From: Octopus vulgaris
Taxonomy: Eukaryota
Assembly (NCBI GenBank): GCA_951406725.2
Contig: OX597821.1
Coordinates: forward strand, 116,374,001-116,438,000
Reading direction: 5' to 3'
DNA length: 64,000 bases
Within the stretch, counting starts at the first letter, position 1; each line of letters opens with the position of its first letter. Position numbers and translations under genes: made by a program. Shown here piece after piece: positions 26,461-39,408 of this stretch. Below the pieces are notes generated by a model that saw only the letters and a list, made by a program, of their open reading frames with translations, was not told the DNA's origin and searched no databases.

Positions 26461-29400
26461 CTGAGGAAATCATCTTGAACTCTCATTCTTCTCATCTATT
26501 ACCAAAATATATTAACCTTTGCTCCAATATCTATCAATAATTGAACCAACCTGTTGCCCATCTGTCTGTCTGAAGGGACTATACATGCTATTGGCAAGAC
26601 CGTTCCTAACTTTTTTATGAACAAAAGGAAATATTTTTGACCCTGACAAAAGGCAAAAAATTTGGAGTAGAATGGTTAAGATGATTAAACCAGTTTCAGT
26701 ACATGACTGGTACTTATCTTATGGATTCCAGACATGAAGGCCAATAGGATCTGAATTCTCAATGTAGATGATTGAAGCTAAAAGTGTTAATCATAGTCTG
26801 GCATTACTGATCCTTACAAAAGAAAACAGATTTAGAGACATAATTCAATTAAAGATGAAATGTTTTGTATTCAATCCAAATATTATATATTTAAATAATA
26901 TTTATTAACAATAGTACTGCATATGTTTTGTCAAGGAGAACAAATATAGTTAAACTTTCCATTCAATGAGGGATAACTAATTTTTTTTTTTTGTGTGTGC
27001 ATTTGTAATAGTATTTTAATTATCTTTCATGCTTTCTTTAATTAATAATTCATGAGACTTTATAGTTTAAGTTATCAACAATATTGCAGATTTGGCCTAA
27101 TAAAAACTTATTTAAAAAAACTTCATGCCAATTATAATATTATATGAAATAAAGGTGTTTTAGTGATAATCAATGAAATCAATACATTCTGCATTTAGGT
27201 TTGACAATCAGCTCACCTCACACACAAAATAGTTATAATAATAAAATAAAGATCCATCAACTTCAGCTGATGCTTATTTAATGAGAACAGTCTCTAACAC
27301 AATGATCTTTATAATTTCTGTCTGAGAATTCAGTGTGAGAACAAATATTTGTGGAGCCATGACCACTAATGGAGAAACTATCGGCAATTCATATTGCTAT
27401 AAGCAATGGTTGTGCAGAACAATAGATAAAATAGTGAAATAATTAATTTATTTGGCTACTAACAGATCGTTGCTATGGTGTTCTTCCTTTAAATATGAGA
27501 ATATACCAAGCAACTTTATATTAGAATTCTCTGTCACTTGTTTTCCAAAATAATCTACGTAAACATTGTTTCATAGGAACCAATGCTGAAACTGTGACCT
27601 AAAGCCTTAAACATTAATTTTATTTTATATTCTAACCTATATTCTATTAATTGTCTTCAAGTTCCATCTTACTTTAAATCAATACATCTGCTTTTATGTT
27701 GCAATTACTTTTGAGATCATCTGACTTTCAACATAATATAGTTTCATGAATATTTCACTAATTGTTTTTTTTCTTTAGTTTGTCTGAGTAAGATGACAAA
27801 AGTTTGGGGATAATTAGTTAATGTTTCAATTGATTAATTACAAGTTTGTGGTTCAAGGGGTAAAATATTGCCAGAGGTAGAATTTAAAAAGGATATGGTT
27901 CTGGAAACGATTGAAGAAAGAGTTTAGAACCAACATGGGTAATTGAGATCAGAGGAGACAATGTAGATACATCAATTGAGTTATGGTGGTCATGGTATAG
28001 GGGTCAGTGCTCAGAGGAGCAGAGATTGTTGTAATAGTAAATGAAGAATAAACAAAGGTCACAATCTATCAGTATGTAACTAGATTAGGTTTTGGGTTAC
28101 TCATTTGTAAGTCAGTAATTCAAATTTATTGCAGGTATTTCATTGCATTTCATTGCTTTTAGGTAAAACATTATTTTACATTGACTCAGTTCACCTAACT
28201 TCATCCTAATAGATAACTCAGGGTTATCTATTAGGATGAAGTAGCTGGTCTATTCTAGATGATTTAAGTGTGGGGACTAGTATGACAATTTACAGAAATC
28301 CTTAACTTGGTAGTGCTACCAAGGAGTAGAAACAGTTTGAGAAAAACTCTGATATGGGAGTATCATTGGACAGGACTGTTTGAGATGTATTCTGAGCAAT
28401 GGAACAATTCTTCATGTACCCATTCAGTGTTCATACATTGCTGGTTTCTGATATATGTCAAACAGTTGTTGTTGAATGTAGGCCAGATTTGGCTCTCAAT
28501 TGAGTCCATCATGAAAACTGCCCTACTGCTCTACTTTAATTGAGTAAAGTAAGCAGTTTTCCTCTGTCTACAGTAAAAGAGATGGTTTAATAACCAAGGT
28601 TTAAAGAACTGGATGTAGATACTTTCCTCTTTGGTCAGGTCTGCATCAGCTTTTTAAGTTCTGCTGGAAAAAAAATTGGTGAGCAACAGTTGGAGAAGGA
28701 CATTTACTTTCAGTGGTCAGATTGACTTTGGACTGTGAAGCTCCTTGATTACCTTGAGATGGAGGTAATCCTGTATCAGGAAGATTATATCATCCATATA
28801 TACATCATGTTCTTTTTTATCCCTTCATCCAATTTTATGTGAACTTCTGCACTATGTAGAACCTGTCTTTGTAATATCCCTTTTCAGCTAGCATCCCTCT
28901 GGCACATAAAAGAATTTATTATTGTTCAGAGATCTTATTTTTAGTGCATAACTTCACAGCTCAACCAAGCACAGCTCTCTGTGCATTGGGAACACACACT
29001 ATTTTATTTTGTTTTTGTATTTTCTCTTTTATTGAAAATATTCTATGTAATACATGTGCAATATCTAATACTGCTATTTCCTTTAAGTTGGGTATGTGAA
29101 AGTCCTGGTGAGATTGACTGTGTATTTGTTTTATTATCAGCACAATACCAGAGGAAATGATTTGTAGTATTTAGTTACATATGCTTATGATCTGAGTTCA
29201 AATCCAGCTAGGTCAGCTTTTGGCTTTCATCCTTCCAGAGTTGATAAAATGAGGTACTGTTGAAGTACTGAACTTTTAATAATCACCTATATACAAATAG
29301 ATGCATAGTAAAGGACAATTCAAATGCAAATGTTGTTGCAAATGGCAACAGCAACTGCAGTAGTTTTGTTGTTACCATTAATCAGATGATTGATTTAGGT

Positions 29401-32400
29401 TAACTCCTGGAATAAAAAAGGGCACAGAAGTGTTGTGTTGCAAGGAAAATGGCATCTTTACTTTTGTAATGCATTAAGAAACTAGTAAGGAGGAGAGTAA
29501 TATAACTCTATATTGGAACAAATTGTGGGGCAGCTTTCATGTACTCGCAAAAAGAGCAGCTGAAAGAAGGCTTCCTTGATGTTTGAAGTGATGCTGTTTC
29601 TATCAGCTGGAGTTGACCATATGGAAACATGTGTTCTATACCAGAAGTGGACCCCTCTGTGAGTGCAGAAAGGAAAGCTTTAGACTGGTTGTGTAGTATG
29701 AATAGCCCAACAGTTACACATGTTACTATAAGATCTGTTTTAGGGTTTTCTGACTTGAGATGAATTATCAAAGAAATGGCAACTTGTATCAAGCCTCAGA
29801 TGCTGCTGTTTCAAGTGCAACACTAGTTGTAACTCTGAAAATGGTAGGAATAACCACGTCATCCTCAGTGCTGTGAATTTATTGTCAGGACACTGAAGGA
29901 CCATTTTGCAGTAGTGCTGCACCACTATCTTGTGAAAATGAGGATTGAGTGAATGAAGACTAAAGAGTGATGGCAATTTAATAGTAAAATAGAGGAGAGG
30001 CAATGTCTCCTTTTTTTTTTTGAGGAGTGTGTGCACATACGTGTGTGTGTATATGTAATTGTATGTGTGTGTATATATATATATGTATGCATGTATGTAT
30101 GTATGCATGTATGCGTGTGTGTGTATGTATGTATGTCCAACCTATGCCAGCATGGACAACAGACTTTAATTGATGATGATGTTGATGTATATATTTGTAA
30201 ATACACAAGCAAAAACAGAATACAGAACAGATAACGTGAAACAAAGAGCAAGTGAAGGGATAAGAGAGAACAACAGTTCATAAATAATTTATTGCTAATA
30301 AGAAATAAACAAGGTATGCTCTTGACAACAATCCAAACTGGTTTCAGTTTACTGCGCTGAGTTTCATCCATTGAATAAGATTAATTGTTTGTTATGATGT
30401 AGCAGGGAAAATAATTGATTATTCCATCTGCAATATTTAAATTAGCATCTTGTAAGGTTAGAACTCATATGTATGATTTTTTTATATCTCAGACATTGGA
30501 CTGTGTATTTAATTATGTTTAAAGATAAACCTTTATAAATTCTGCTTTTCAATTACTATTCTGAGCTTAATTCATAATACTTTACATTGAGTATATGAAA
30601 AAACTTTTTTTTTTTTTATTTGATAGATAATATTAGTTTCATTTAATAAGGCCCAAAGCCAAAATTGGACTTAGGTCTTATTAAATTAACTGCAATGTAT
30701 TATTGGTGTTTATTTTATTGACTTGCTTCCTGCATAAGATGAAAGCAATGTCAAATTAGGTAAGACCGATGCTCAGAATATACAACATAATGAAATAATA
30801 TTTAACATTCAGTCTAACTACTTTTGATAATATTAAAATATTTAAAAATCTAAATGTCATTATAACAATTATTGTTTTCATTTTCGTTTTCTCATATCTG
30901 AATTGGATTTATAATTTAGACTAATCCACTTTAAGTTATAATTAATCCTTCTTTTACAAGTAGCTTTCTGAAAATTATAATCCACATTCAATACAATTTT
31001 CAACCAATCAAGTTTCGTGATGTATTCCGGTTTCATTATTCTATTCTATTTATTTATCTCTTTTTCTTGTGGGTAGCAACTGGAATGAATTGTGACCATA
31101 CTGTGATGAACATTGTGGTACTTCTCTTATATTGCTATTATAAAGAGTTAATAAATTGCTGAAATACAGCTTCATTTTATAAGGACACTATAAATTATTC
31201 AACTTGTCTTCTGCTTCTCCATTATCCCCCCACCTCGCCTCTTCCTTCGTTTTGCAAAAGATTTAACATCTGTTTTGTCCCTTTTGTGTCTGGTAAATTA
31301 GTACATCAGTACATTTCTATGTATACCTGCCCTTTGAGAAGTCCTCATTTTCTAAGGTGTGAACGAACCATTTTTCCTCAAATTTTCTTTTGTATACCTT
31401 AGAATACTAAATGTCATCTTTCATTATTTCGTTATTTTCATCTAAAGAATATTTTTAGTTTGCATTAAATGTCTGTATTTTGATTTCTTGGTTCACATAC
31501 ATGGCCTATTTCTCTAGTCATTAATTGGTCACACTTCACCCGTTCTTCTACAGTCACTGCATATTTTTATATTCATTATCATGCTTCACTGTGATACATT
31601 TTCAGAAGCTTGATGCCCTTGAATAAGAAAATAAAAGCAGTTTTTATTTTATTTATTAGTCACGAGATTTAAAAATAAATAAATAAGCAGTTCTTTAGCT
31701 TTCAGCAATTTATATCATGTGACAACATTTAGTTCAGAGACATATTTTTTTTGCTGACCTCTAAATTAAAAGAAAATTTTAAATAATAATTTATTTTATC
31801 TAATACTCTGCTAATTTATCTACTGAGCACTTTTCTCCTGCATAGTTATTTTATATCTGTCTGCTTTGTTATATTTCATTAACTTTTTTTACTCAGTCAG
31901 AATGATATTTACACACAGGGGTAGTATATATGTAAATATGTGTGTTTGTCTCTGTGTGCTTTTCCACTGCTTGGGCACTGATGCCATTTATGTCCTACTT
32001 GTACAATCTATCCAGCAACTCAGTGGCTTATGCAAAGGAAGATTAGTAGATTAAAATATTTTACTTAAATATAAGGGTTGGTATCAAGAAAGACTCGCAG
32101 TTATAGATCACTGCCTCCAAAAGTTTTGCCTAACCAATACCAGCATAGGAAAAGCAGACAATGATACAATGATGATAATGGTGAGAATGTGAACTTCACC
32201 CACATGCATTTTTTTTACCTGGCTCTCATCTCTCTTTTTATCTCTTTTCCTCTGGTTTCCTATGAAAGACTAGGATGGAGGCATTAACTTTTTCTTTCTA
32301 ATTTTTTTCCTTCTTGCATGTCACTAATATTAACTGTGAACATTCCTTTGACTTTTGTTGTTGTTATTTGTATTTGCTTTGTTTTGTGTGTGTGTGTATA

Positions 32401-32402
32401 TT

Positions 32403-33300
32403 ATCATCATCGTCATTTAACATCCTTTGTCCATGCTGTGACATGGGTTAGACAGTTTGACTAGAACTGACAGGCTAAAGAGCTGCCCTTCCTAACATCA
32501 ACCATTTTACAAAGTGTGCTGGGTGCTTTTACATGATACCACACAAGTGTTTTCACATGGCACTACATGGGGCATTTTCATGTGGCACCACCATGAGCAC
32601 TTTACACCACCAGAAATTAATTGTGCACACACACACACACACACACAAATGAGCTGTATGACTGGAAGTAGCACTCAACACAAATTGAGTAACAGGTTGA
32701 TTTAGTTCCTTATCTTATTCAGTCAGTATATATAAAAAGCACCTGTGCTGGTATTATGTAATAAGCACCGTTCTGGTGCCACACAAGAAGCTCCCATGCT
32801 GACGCCACATAAAAAGCACCAGTATCATTCTGCAAAATGGTTGGCATCAGGTGGAGCATCAAGCCATAGAAACCAAGCTAAAACAGACAACTGGAGCCCG
32901 ATGTTGCTCTCCAGTCTGCCAGCTCCTGTCAAACTGTCCAAACCATGCCAGCAAGGAAAACAGGTGTCAAACAATAATGATGATGATGATATATACACAT
33001 ATATATCATCATTGTTTAATGTTCATTTCCATGCTGGCTTGGATTGGACAGTTGACAGAACTGGCAAGCCAGAGAGCTACACCAGCTCCAATTGTCTGTT
33101 TCGGTATGGTTTCTATGGCTGGATGCCCTTCCTTATGTCAACCATTTCACTGAGTGTACAGGGTGTGTTTTAGGTGGTACTTGCACTGGCAACGTCACCA
33201 AATAACTTGCAAGACAAAAACCCTGCAACTAAGAGAAGCAATGGTATTGAGGAAGGTGTCTTTGTACCAAGAGATGAGGGGTTAAACTATAATGGAGGGG
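32403..33300. mobile_element. Cluster of three RTE-LINE-tail elements: minus (32403-32600), plus (32735-32990), minus (33005-33300)
   Basis: Family core motifs in alternating orientation with (CAT)n/(GAT)n ends. Confidence 0.8.
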
Positions 33301-33769
33301 CAGAAAAGAAAAAAACTAAAACCTTTTGAAGGCAAATCACAAGCACTAGTTGCAGTCCAATGACTACAACCTGTGAAAGAAAACCTCATGTCTCATTTTC
33401 ATTCCATTTAAAATTGTTTCCAGTATATTTTGACCAATACATAATACTGATAAAATATAGTAATCTGATTATAATAATTACTTATTAGGTAGTGCATTTG
33501 CTTGAAGTATCTCTAACTAATTGCCAAAGAAACCATGACACAAGTCTAAGTATGTAACTATATGATTATAAACCTATTTTTGAAATAATACATAATTAAA
33601 TACCCTTGTTATTGTTGTTACTGTTTAGCCCCATCTTAGCTCTGATCAAGCAAACCTATACTCAAAGGTGTTACTATTAAGACCAACCATTCTTTTTTGT
33701 TGTGGGATACTATATTTAGAACTTCAATATCCAGTTTTTCCATCCTAATTTTTATAACCCTGGCCATTA

Positions 33770-34022
33770 CTGTCTTAAGTCACAGGACTTACAGGGCCAG
33801 GTAACCAATTTCCATATTGTTTACCTGGCCCTGTAAGTGATTGATATTACATCATTCCTCTGGAATCAGGCATCAGTTCATTGCAGGATTATTTGTTTAC
33901 AATTGAATGGATTGAAGCAATGTAAAATGAAGTTTTTTGCTCAAGAACACAACACACTTCCCAGTCCAGTAATTGAAACCATGGTCATGAGTGCAACATC
34001 CTAAGTACTAGGCCACATACCT
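33770..34022 (-). mobile_element. tRNA-derived SINE (TTGAGCAAAACAC core family)
   Basis: GAAGTTTTTTGCTCAAGAACACAAC..GAGTGCAACATCCTAA..ACTAGGCCAC; homologous to 45615-45865 and 52745-52900. Confidence 0.75.
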
Positions 34023-36589
34023 TCAAATTTTTTAAAACAGTGGGATATAAAGGGGGATTTGGATAAGCTGAATCAAGACAGTACAAGTTTGACATTTTGT
34101 ACAGATTATAACTTTTTGTTTTATGATTCTTTCAGAGTTTGATATAAGTGCACTTGTTTTGAATAGCAATATACAAAATTTGAATTTCTCCTCTTTACTC
34201 TCTCTCTCTCTCACACACACACACACATATGGAAAAACAAGGAAGTGAATGGACATAACAAAGCACTGTAAGGAATCATTTGTTTTGCCAGGGATAACCT
34301 CTTGTGTTGGTGATATGAAAAATGCACTATTCCATGCTCTAAAGTGTCTGGTGCAAAGAAATACAACCAGTTGCAAAAACCATTTCAAAGTTTCAAAACT
34401 CCCACCAAAAAAAAACACACACACACACAAAACATGACAGGTACAATTAGAGATGTGTCTATTTCGCTCTGTTTTTGTGTGTGCCAGAAAAAAAAAAGAC
34501 CATGGACAAATGACTTGACACTATGGTACACCTCTAACCTATACCATCACGGAAAAAGAGATGTAAAATTTGATGAAGCTTTCCTTGATAACTCAGAGAA
34601 CTATATGTTGCTTATAGTGCACAAACACTAGAAAGGTTGTCATATCCTCAGTTAGACCAAAGACTTACAAACAGCTTCCCTGTGCAAGTGCTGGCAATCA
34701 GAAGTCCTACATAATAAGATACCAATAGATTTTTAGAGATCATAAAGAAAGAATTTGCAGTTTCATGGCCTTCCTCTTGTACAAGTTCCTATTTCTCTTA
34801 CCAAATACTTTACAGAGTGTATTGGGTACAATATTGAAGAGGTTGTCATATTCTCAATAAGACCAAAGAGTCCTTTTCATTGTATGTAGTTTCTGTCTTT
34901 TCATGACAAATGTGATTGAGATCATGAATTGAAGAGTGATGACCAAAGGGATGGAAGAGGAGAGAGTATGAGTATCAGAGAGGAAAGCATGAGTGTGAAC
35001 TTGACTGATATTGGCAGAGAGAATAGTTTCCTGAAATTTTTCAGTGCTGTATTTACACTGCTAATTGGATTACCTAGTTAACAAAACTGATTCCCAACTT
35101 CTAGTGATCCTACTGAAGAAATTGATTTCCTGTGTATTCTTACTGCTATTATGGGGCCACCCCAAAATTTGACCTCCTGTGTTAGCCTGTCTGTGATCCC
35201 ACAATGCCATTTATGTCTCCATAGTTTATACAGGGTAGACTATATGAAATTTCTGTCTACTGATGGTAGCTGTGTCCTTCTTTGCTAAGTTGACTTTGAG
35301 GTTTCTTGGTTCTATGGTTTGCTACCCTATCTAGAATTTCTTCTGTAAATCTTCTACTCATTTATCATCAGCATATAGAGATTTCCATTGACATTCAATT
35401 TTAAACTTCTCTATTTTACATGGAGCACTATAATAATCAAATGGGGTGTGAGAACTGAGCCCCAAAACAGACTAAATTGCTCACTAAACTCATTACTCAC
35501 TGCACCTCTTGTACGTGGCTCATATGTCCCAGCACATGTCACTCATCAAGGCCTAGTTTCTTTTGTGACTATCAGGTTACAGAGTGTGAAACTCTATCAA
35601 AGGCCTCCTGCAGGATGACAAATGCTAGATATAGGGGATTATTACTAGCTACATACTTCTCCTGAAGTTGTCTCATTAGGAAGAAGGCATCAATAGTACA
35701 TCTAGTTGGTACAAAGCTGATTGTATCTCAACTTGGCTATTTCTGTTCCTAATTAATTAGGGCTACAACCTTTTCTGTAACTTTCATAACCTGTTTCAAC
35801 AATTTACCTGTAGTTTTCTCTGTTGCCAGTGCATTACCTTTGCTCTTGTGGCAGTTGATGAGTTGATGATAAGGCTGCTCTGCCCTCTACCTGTTCTGTC
35901 TGTGATACCTTCTTGTTGTACAACTTGATTTACTATAAGAATGAGTAGCACGTATCCTACGCTGTCAGACACATATAAAAATAAATAAATATATATATAT
36001 ATACACACACACATGTACACACACACACTCACACACACACACACACACAAACACGCACACACACACACATATATACACACGCATATGTGTTCATGTCATT
36101 TTATATAAATGTATAAAGAATAATAAATTTCTACTCTACAAAAATATAGAGTAACCCATAGATTAATGTAAAATAGTTTTTATTATAACTGAACATAAAA
36201 ACAAACATTAATACACTCACACACACACGCATGTTCCTGTCATTTTATGTTTGCACGGGCTATACAAATATATTTTTAAAGCAATGTTTTTTATAGCCAG
36301 ATGCTTTTCTTGTTGTTAACCGATATCTTTTTTTGTTTCGGCTATTTTGTTTGTTTGTTTTTAGTAAGGGATTTCATATTCTACACATCTTTGAAGAAGC
36401 AAAACCAGTGGATGATTTGCAGATAGGGAAAATGCAACATCGCTGGTTGTAACTTACCAGTTTTCAAAAAACAAATGCTAACACGCAGACACATACAAAT
36501 ATATATACATACACATTCATACATGTGTGTGTGTGCATGTGTGCACTGACATATATATTATATGCTTGTATGTGTGTAAGTATGTGACA

Positions 36590-36735
36590 AGCTTCTTTTA
36601 GTTTGTGTGCACAAAATCCACTCACATGACTTTGGTTGGCCCAGAGCTAGAGTAGAAGATATTTGACCAAGTTGCTGTGCAGTGGAATTAAACCTGAAAC
36701 TACATGGTTGGGAAGTGAACTTCTTAACCATGTAT
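36590..36735 (-). mobile_element. tRNA-derived SINE head
   Basis: Reverse-complement homolog of 51530-51670 (AAATCCACTCAC..TGACCAAG..CTTCTTAACCA). Confidence 0.75.
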
Positions 36736-37209
36736 ATGTATACACACACACACACACACCGACACACACACACACAAACACACAAATATATTCACATGTA
36801 TTCATATCTATCTGTTTATGTCTATATACATATAATATAATGTGTTGTGTGTGTATGTGTGGTATGTATGCAGATTAAAACAATTAAATTTTAATTCTCA
36901 TAGCAATGAAAAACTCACATTTTGACTAGTATTAAAATTAACCTAGTTCTGTATCAATTTAAAATAATTAAATACTGGACTTTATGGAATGTTTCATTTT
37001 TTTATTTTCATTGTTTAATTGTTTCCTATTATTTCACGTATTTTAAACTAAGTAAGATAAATATCTACAAAATTAGAATTTGGTGTGTTCATATATCAAT
37101 TAATAATTTTTGTCCATTCCAACAATATGACATCCTGATTAATATAAATAAATATTTGTTACCAACAATATTAAAATTGATTTGTTACATAGTTATGAAG
37201 CCCAACATT

Positions 37210-37520
37210 TTTTGAAGGGTGATACATCCTCTCCATTGTATGATTCAGGAGTGCCAGCTCTGACTCTTTGGCCATGTTGCTTGATTTTCCGAGTTAAATG
37301 CTGCTTACCATGTTGTCTTCACTGAAGGTTCAGCTGGGTTGGCAACTTGTGTTGGTCGACCATATGCCACATGGTCACAGCAGCTGAGGAGGTATCTCAC
37401 AGAGATGGGGACTGAATGAGACTCTGCTCAATGGGTTGCCTGGGAGGACCCAGGAATATACTGACAAACAGTGAATGCAGAAATGCGCTTGCAGTGGCAC
37501 ATGCTCCAACACCTGACCTG
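37210..37520 (+). mobile_element. RTE-clade LINE 3' fragment (second family)
   Basis: Frame reads IQECQL*LFGHVA*FSELNAAYHVVF..GRPYATWSQQL, matching the RTE C-terminal QLRLxGHVAR..GRP..W pattern; ends ACCTGACCTG. Confidence 0.7.
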
Positions 37521-38415
37521 TTACATATTACTATGAGGTTCATGCCTTTCTTGAAGGCATAGATCTACTCATGTGTAATTTTTTCATCAAATGATATGTA
37601 ATTAAAAGTATAAAATAAATGTTCTTTAAAAACCTAGCTTTACACCTTGTGCTCATCTCTTATATTTTTCTATAACTATAAGGAAAGCTAACCAAAATAC
37701 TAGCAGTAATTATTATCATTATATTCATCTTAGCTCATATCTTAATTGTTTCTTCTTTCAATACTTCCAGAATAATTTTTATTGTTATTTCCATCCCCAG
37801 CAGCACCACTGCCAACAACATTGTAACCAGCATCATTTTTTTTGAAACTATTTCTTTAAGAATATCATTCCTTCTGTTGCTTCGACTTCTTTTGCCCCTA
37901 GAATCATAGATGCTCTTCAGCTTACTGAGCATTCCTTACTGTTGCTGATATTCATTGTCACCACTCCCCGTATAGTTGTCATAACTGTTTACAAAGATAA
38001 ACATAATCAAGGAAGGCACTGATGATGTAGCTATATACATAGAGTCTGCTTCTCCCTTTTAAATCAATCCAGTTTGTTAATAGGAGCCCATCACTTGGAT
38101 GCATGAAAGACTTTAGACAAAGCCCCATATGCACACGTGCCAGAGTTGTTGTCACTGCTACCATTACGGTTACAGCAACTAGGACTACTGCTTCAGCGGC
38201 TACTATTGTTCGCTTTCCCAACCAACCTGGTAGCATAGAATTAATATGATTTTGCTTTGAATTTTCTTCCCTTTTCCCATTAAAATTCAAATGAACAACA
38301 ACAAAAACAAAGCCCCACTATATTTATGCTCCCTTATTGTTACTTGTAAGCCTAGTATTTACTATTGCTACTCATATTTCTCCTGTTAAATACACTCTGC
38401 TTATTATGTTGTCAC

Positions 38416-38454
38416 ATGATTGATTCGCTTTCGGATTATGAACTATCAGCTCAG
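38416..38454 (+). CDS. Candidate alternative first exon B: MIDSLSDYELSAQ (phase 0)
   Basis: ATG..CAG|GTAAGA strong donor, preceded by ~700 nt of repeat-free UTR-like sequence (37730-38415) containing CpGs. Confidence 0.4.
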
Positions 38455-38929
38455 GTAAGAGGAAATCATATCCCTCATCATTCATAGATTTAATTACTGA
38501 GTTAAAAATAAAATGGGTCTTTAATTAGATTCCTTTGTTATTTAAAATATCCAAGTCTTATTTCTGAATAATATGGTTTTTGCAGACATTCATAATTAAA
38601 TTTTGTTCAGAATTCAATTCAAGGTTAGATATCTTGCAAGATAGACATGTTATAATAATCTCTGGCCTGTGTAAAATATAAATTGAACTGTTGATACAGT
38701 TTCAGTTCTTGTTTGGAAATATTTTAATTACTTAAGGGTCTTAATGTCTGTAGGGAAGGCATTAATGTCATAAATTCTCCTTTTGTAAATTTCCTATAAA
38801 AAAGAGTTTTGTTAAAATAAACCGATGTTATATTTATTGCCTTTTTTCATTTTTGGTTGCCATAATTAGTTAAAATCTGAAAATTTTGTATCTAGGTATC
38901 CATTTGTCAGGTAGTCTGTTTGTCTGACT

Positions 38930-39146
38930 AGCTATTTGTGTATTTCCATTTATGTATCTCTTTATACATACATGTACGCACACATATGTGTATACGTGCA
39001 TATATACATAGCTGTAGGTATTGATGTGTATATGTGTATATGTATATATAGGCACATACACACAATTATATGTATGTATATATATATATATATAAAGATG
39101 ATGATGATATATATATACACAGATATATATACATGTGTGTGTGTGC

Positions 39147-39190
<44 letters not shown>

Positions 39191-39257
39191 CTGTATCTAT
39201 ATCTATCTATCTAATATATATATATAGAGAGAGATTGATAGATATAGATACATACAT

Positions 39258-39304
<47 letters not shown>

Positions 39305-39375
39305 TATATATATACATATACACACACGCATATGTATATCTGTGTATATATATATATAATATAATCACCATCTTT

Positions 39376-39408
<33 letters not shown>

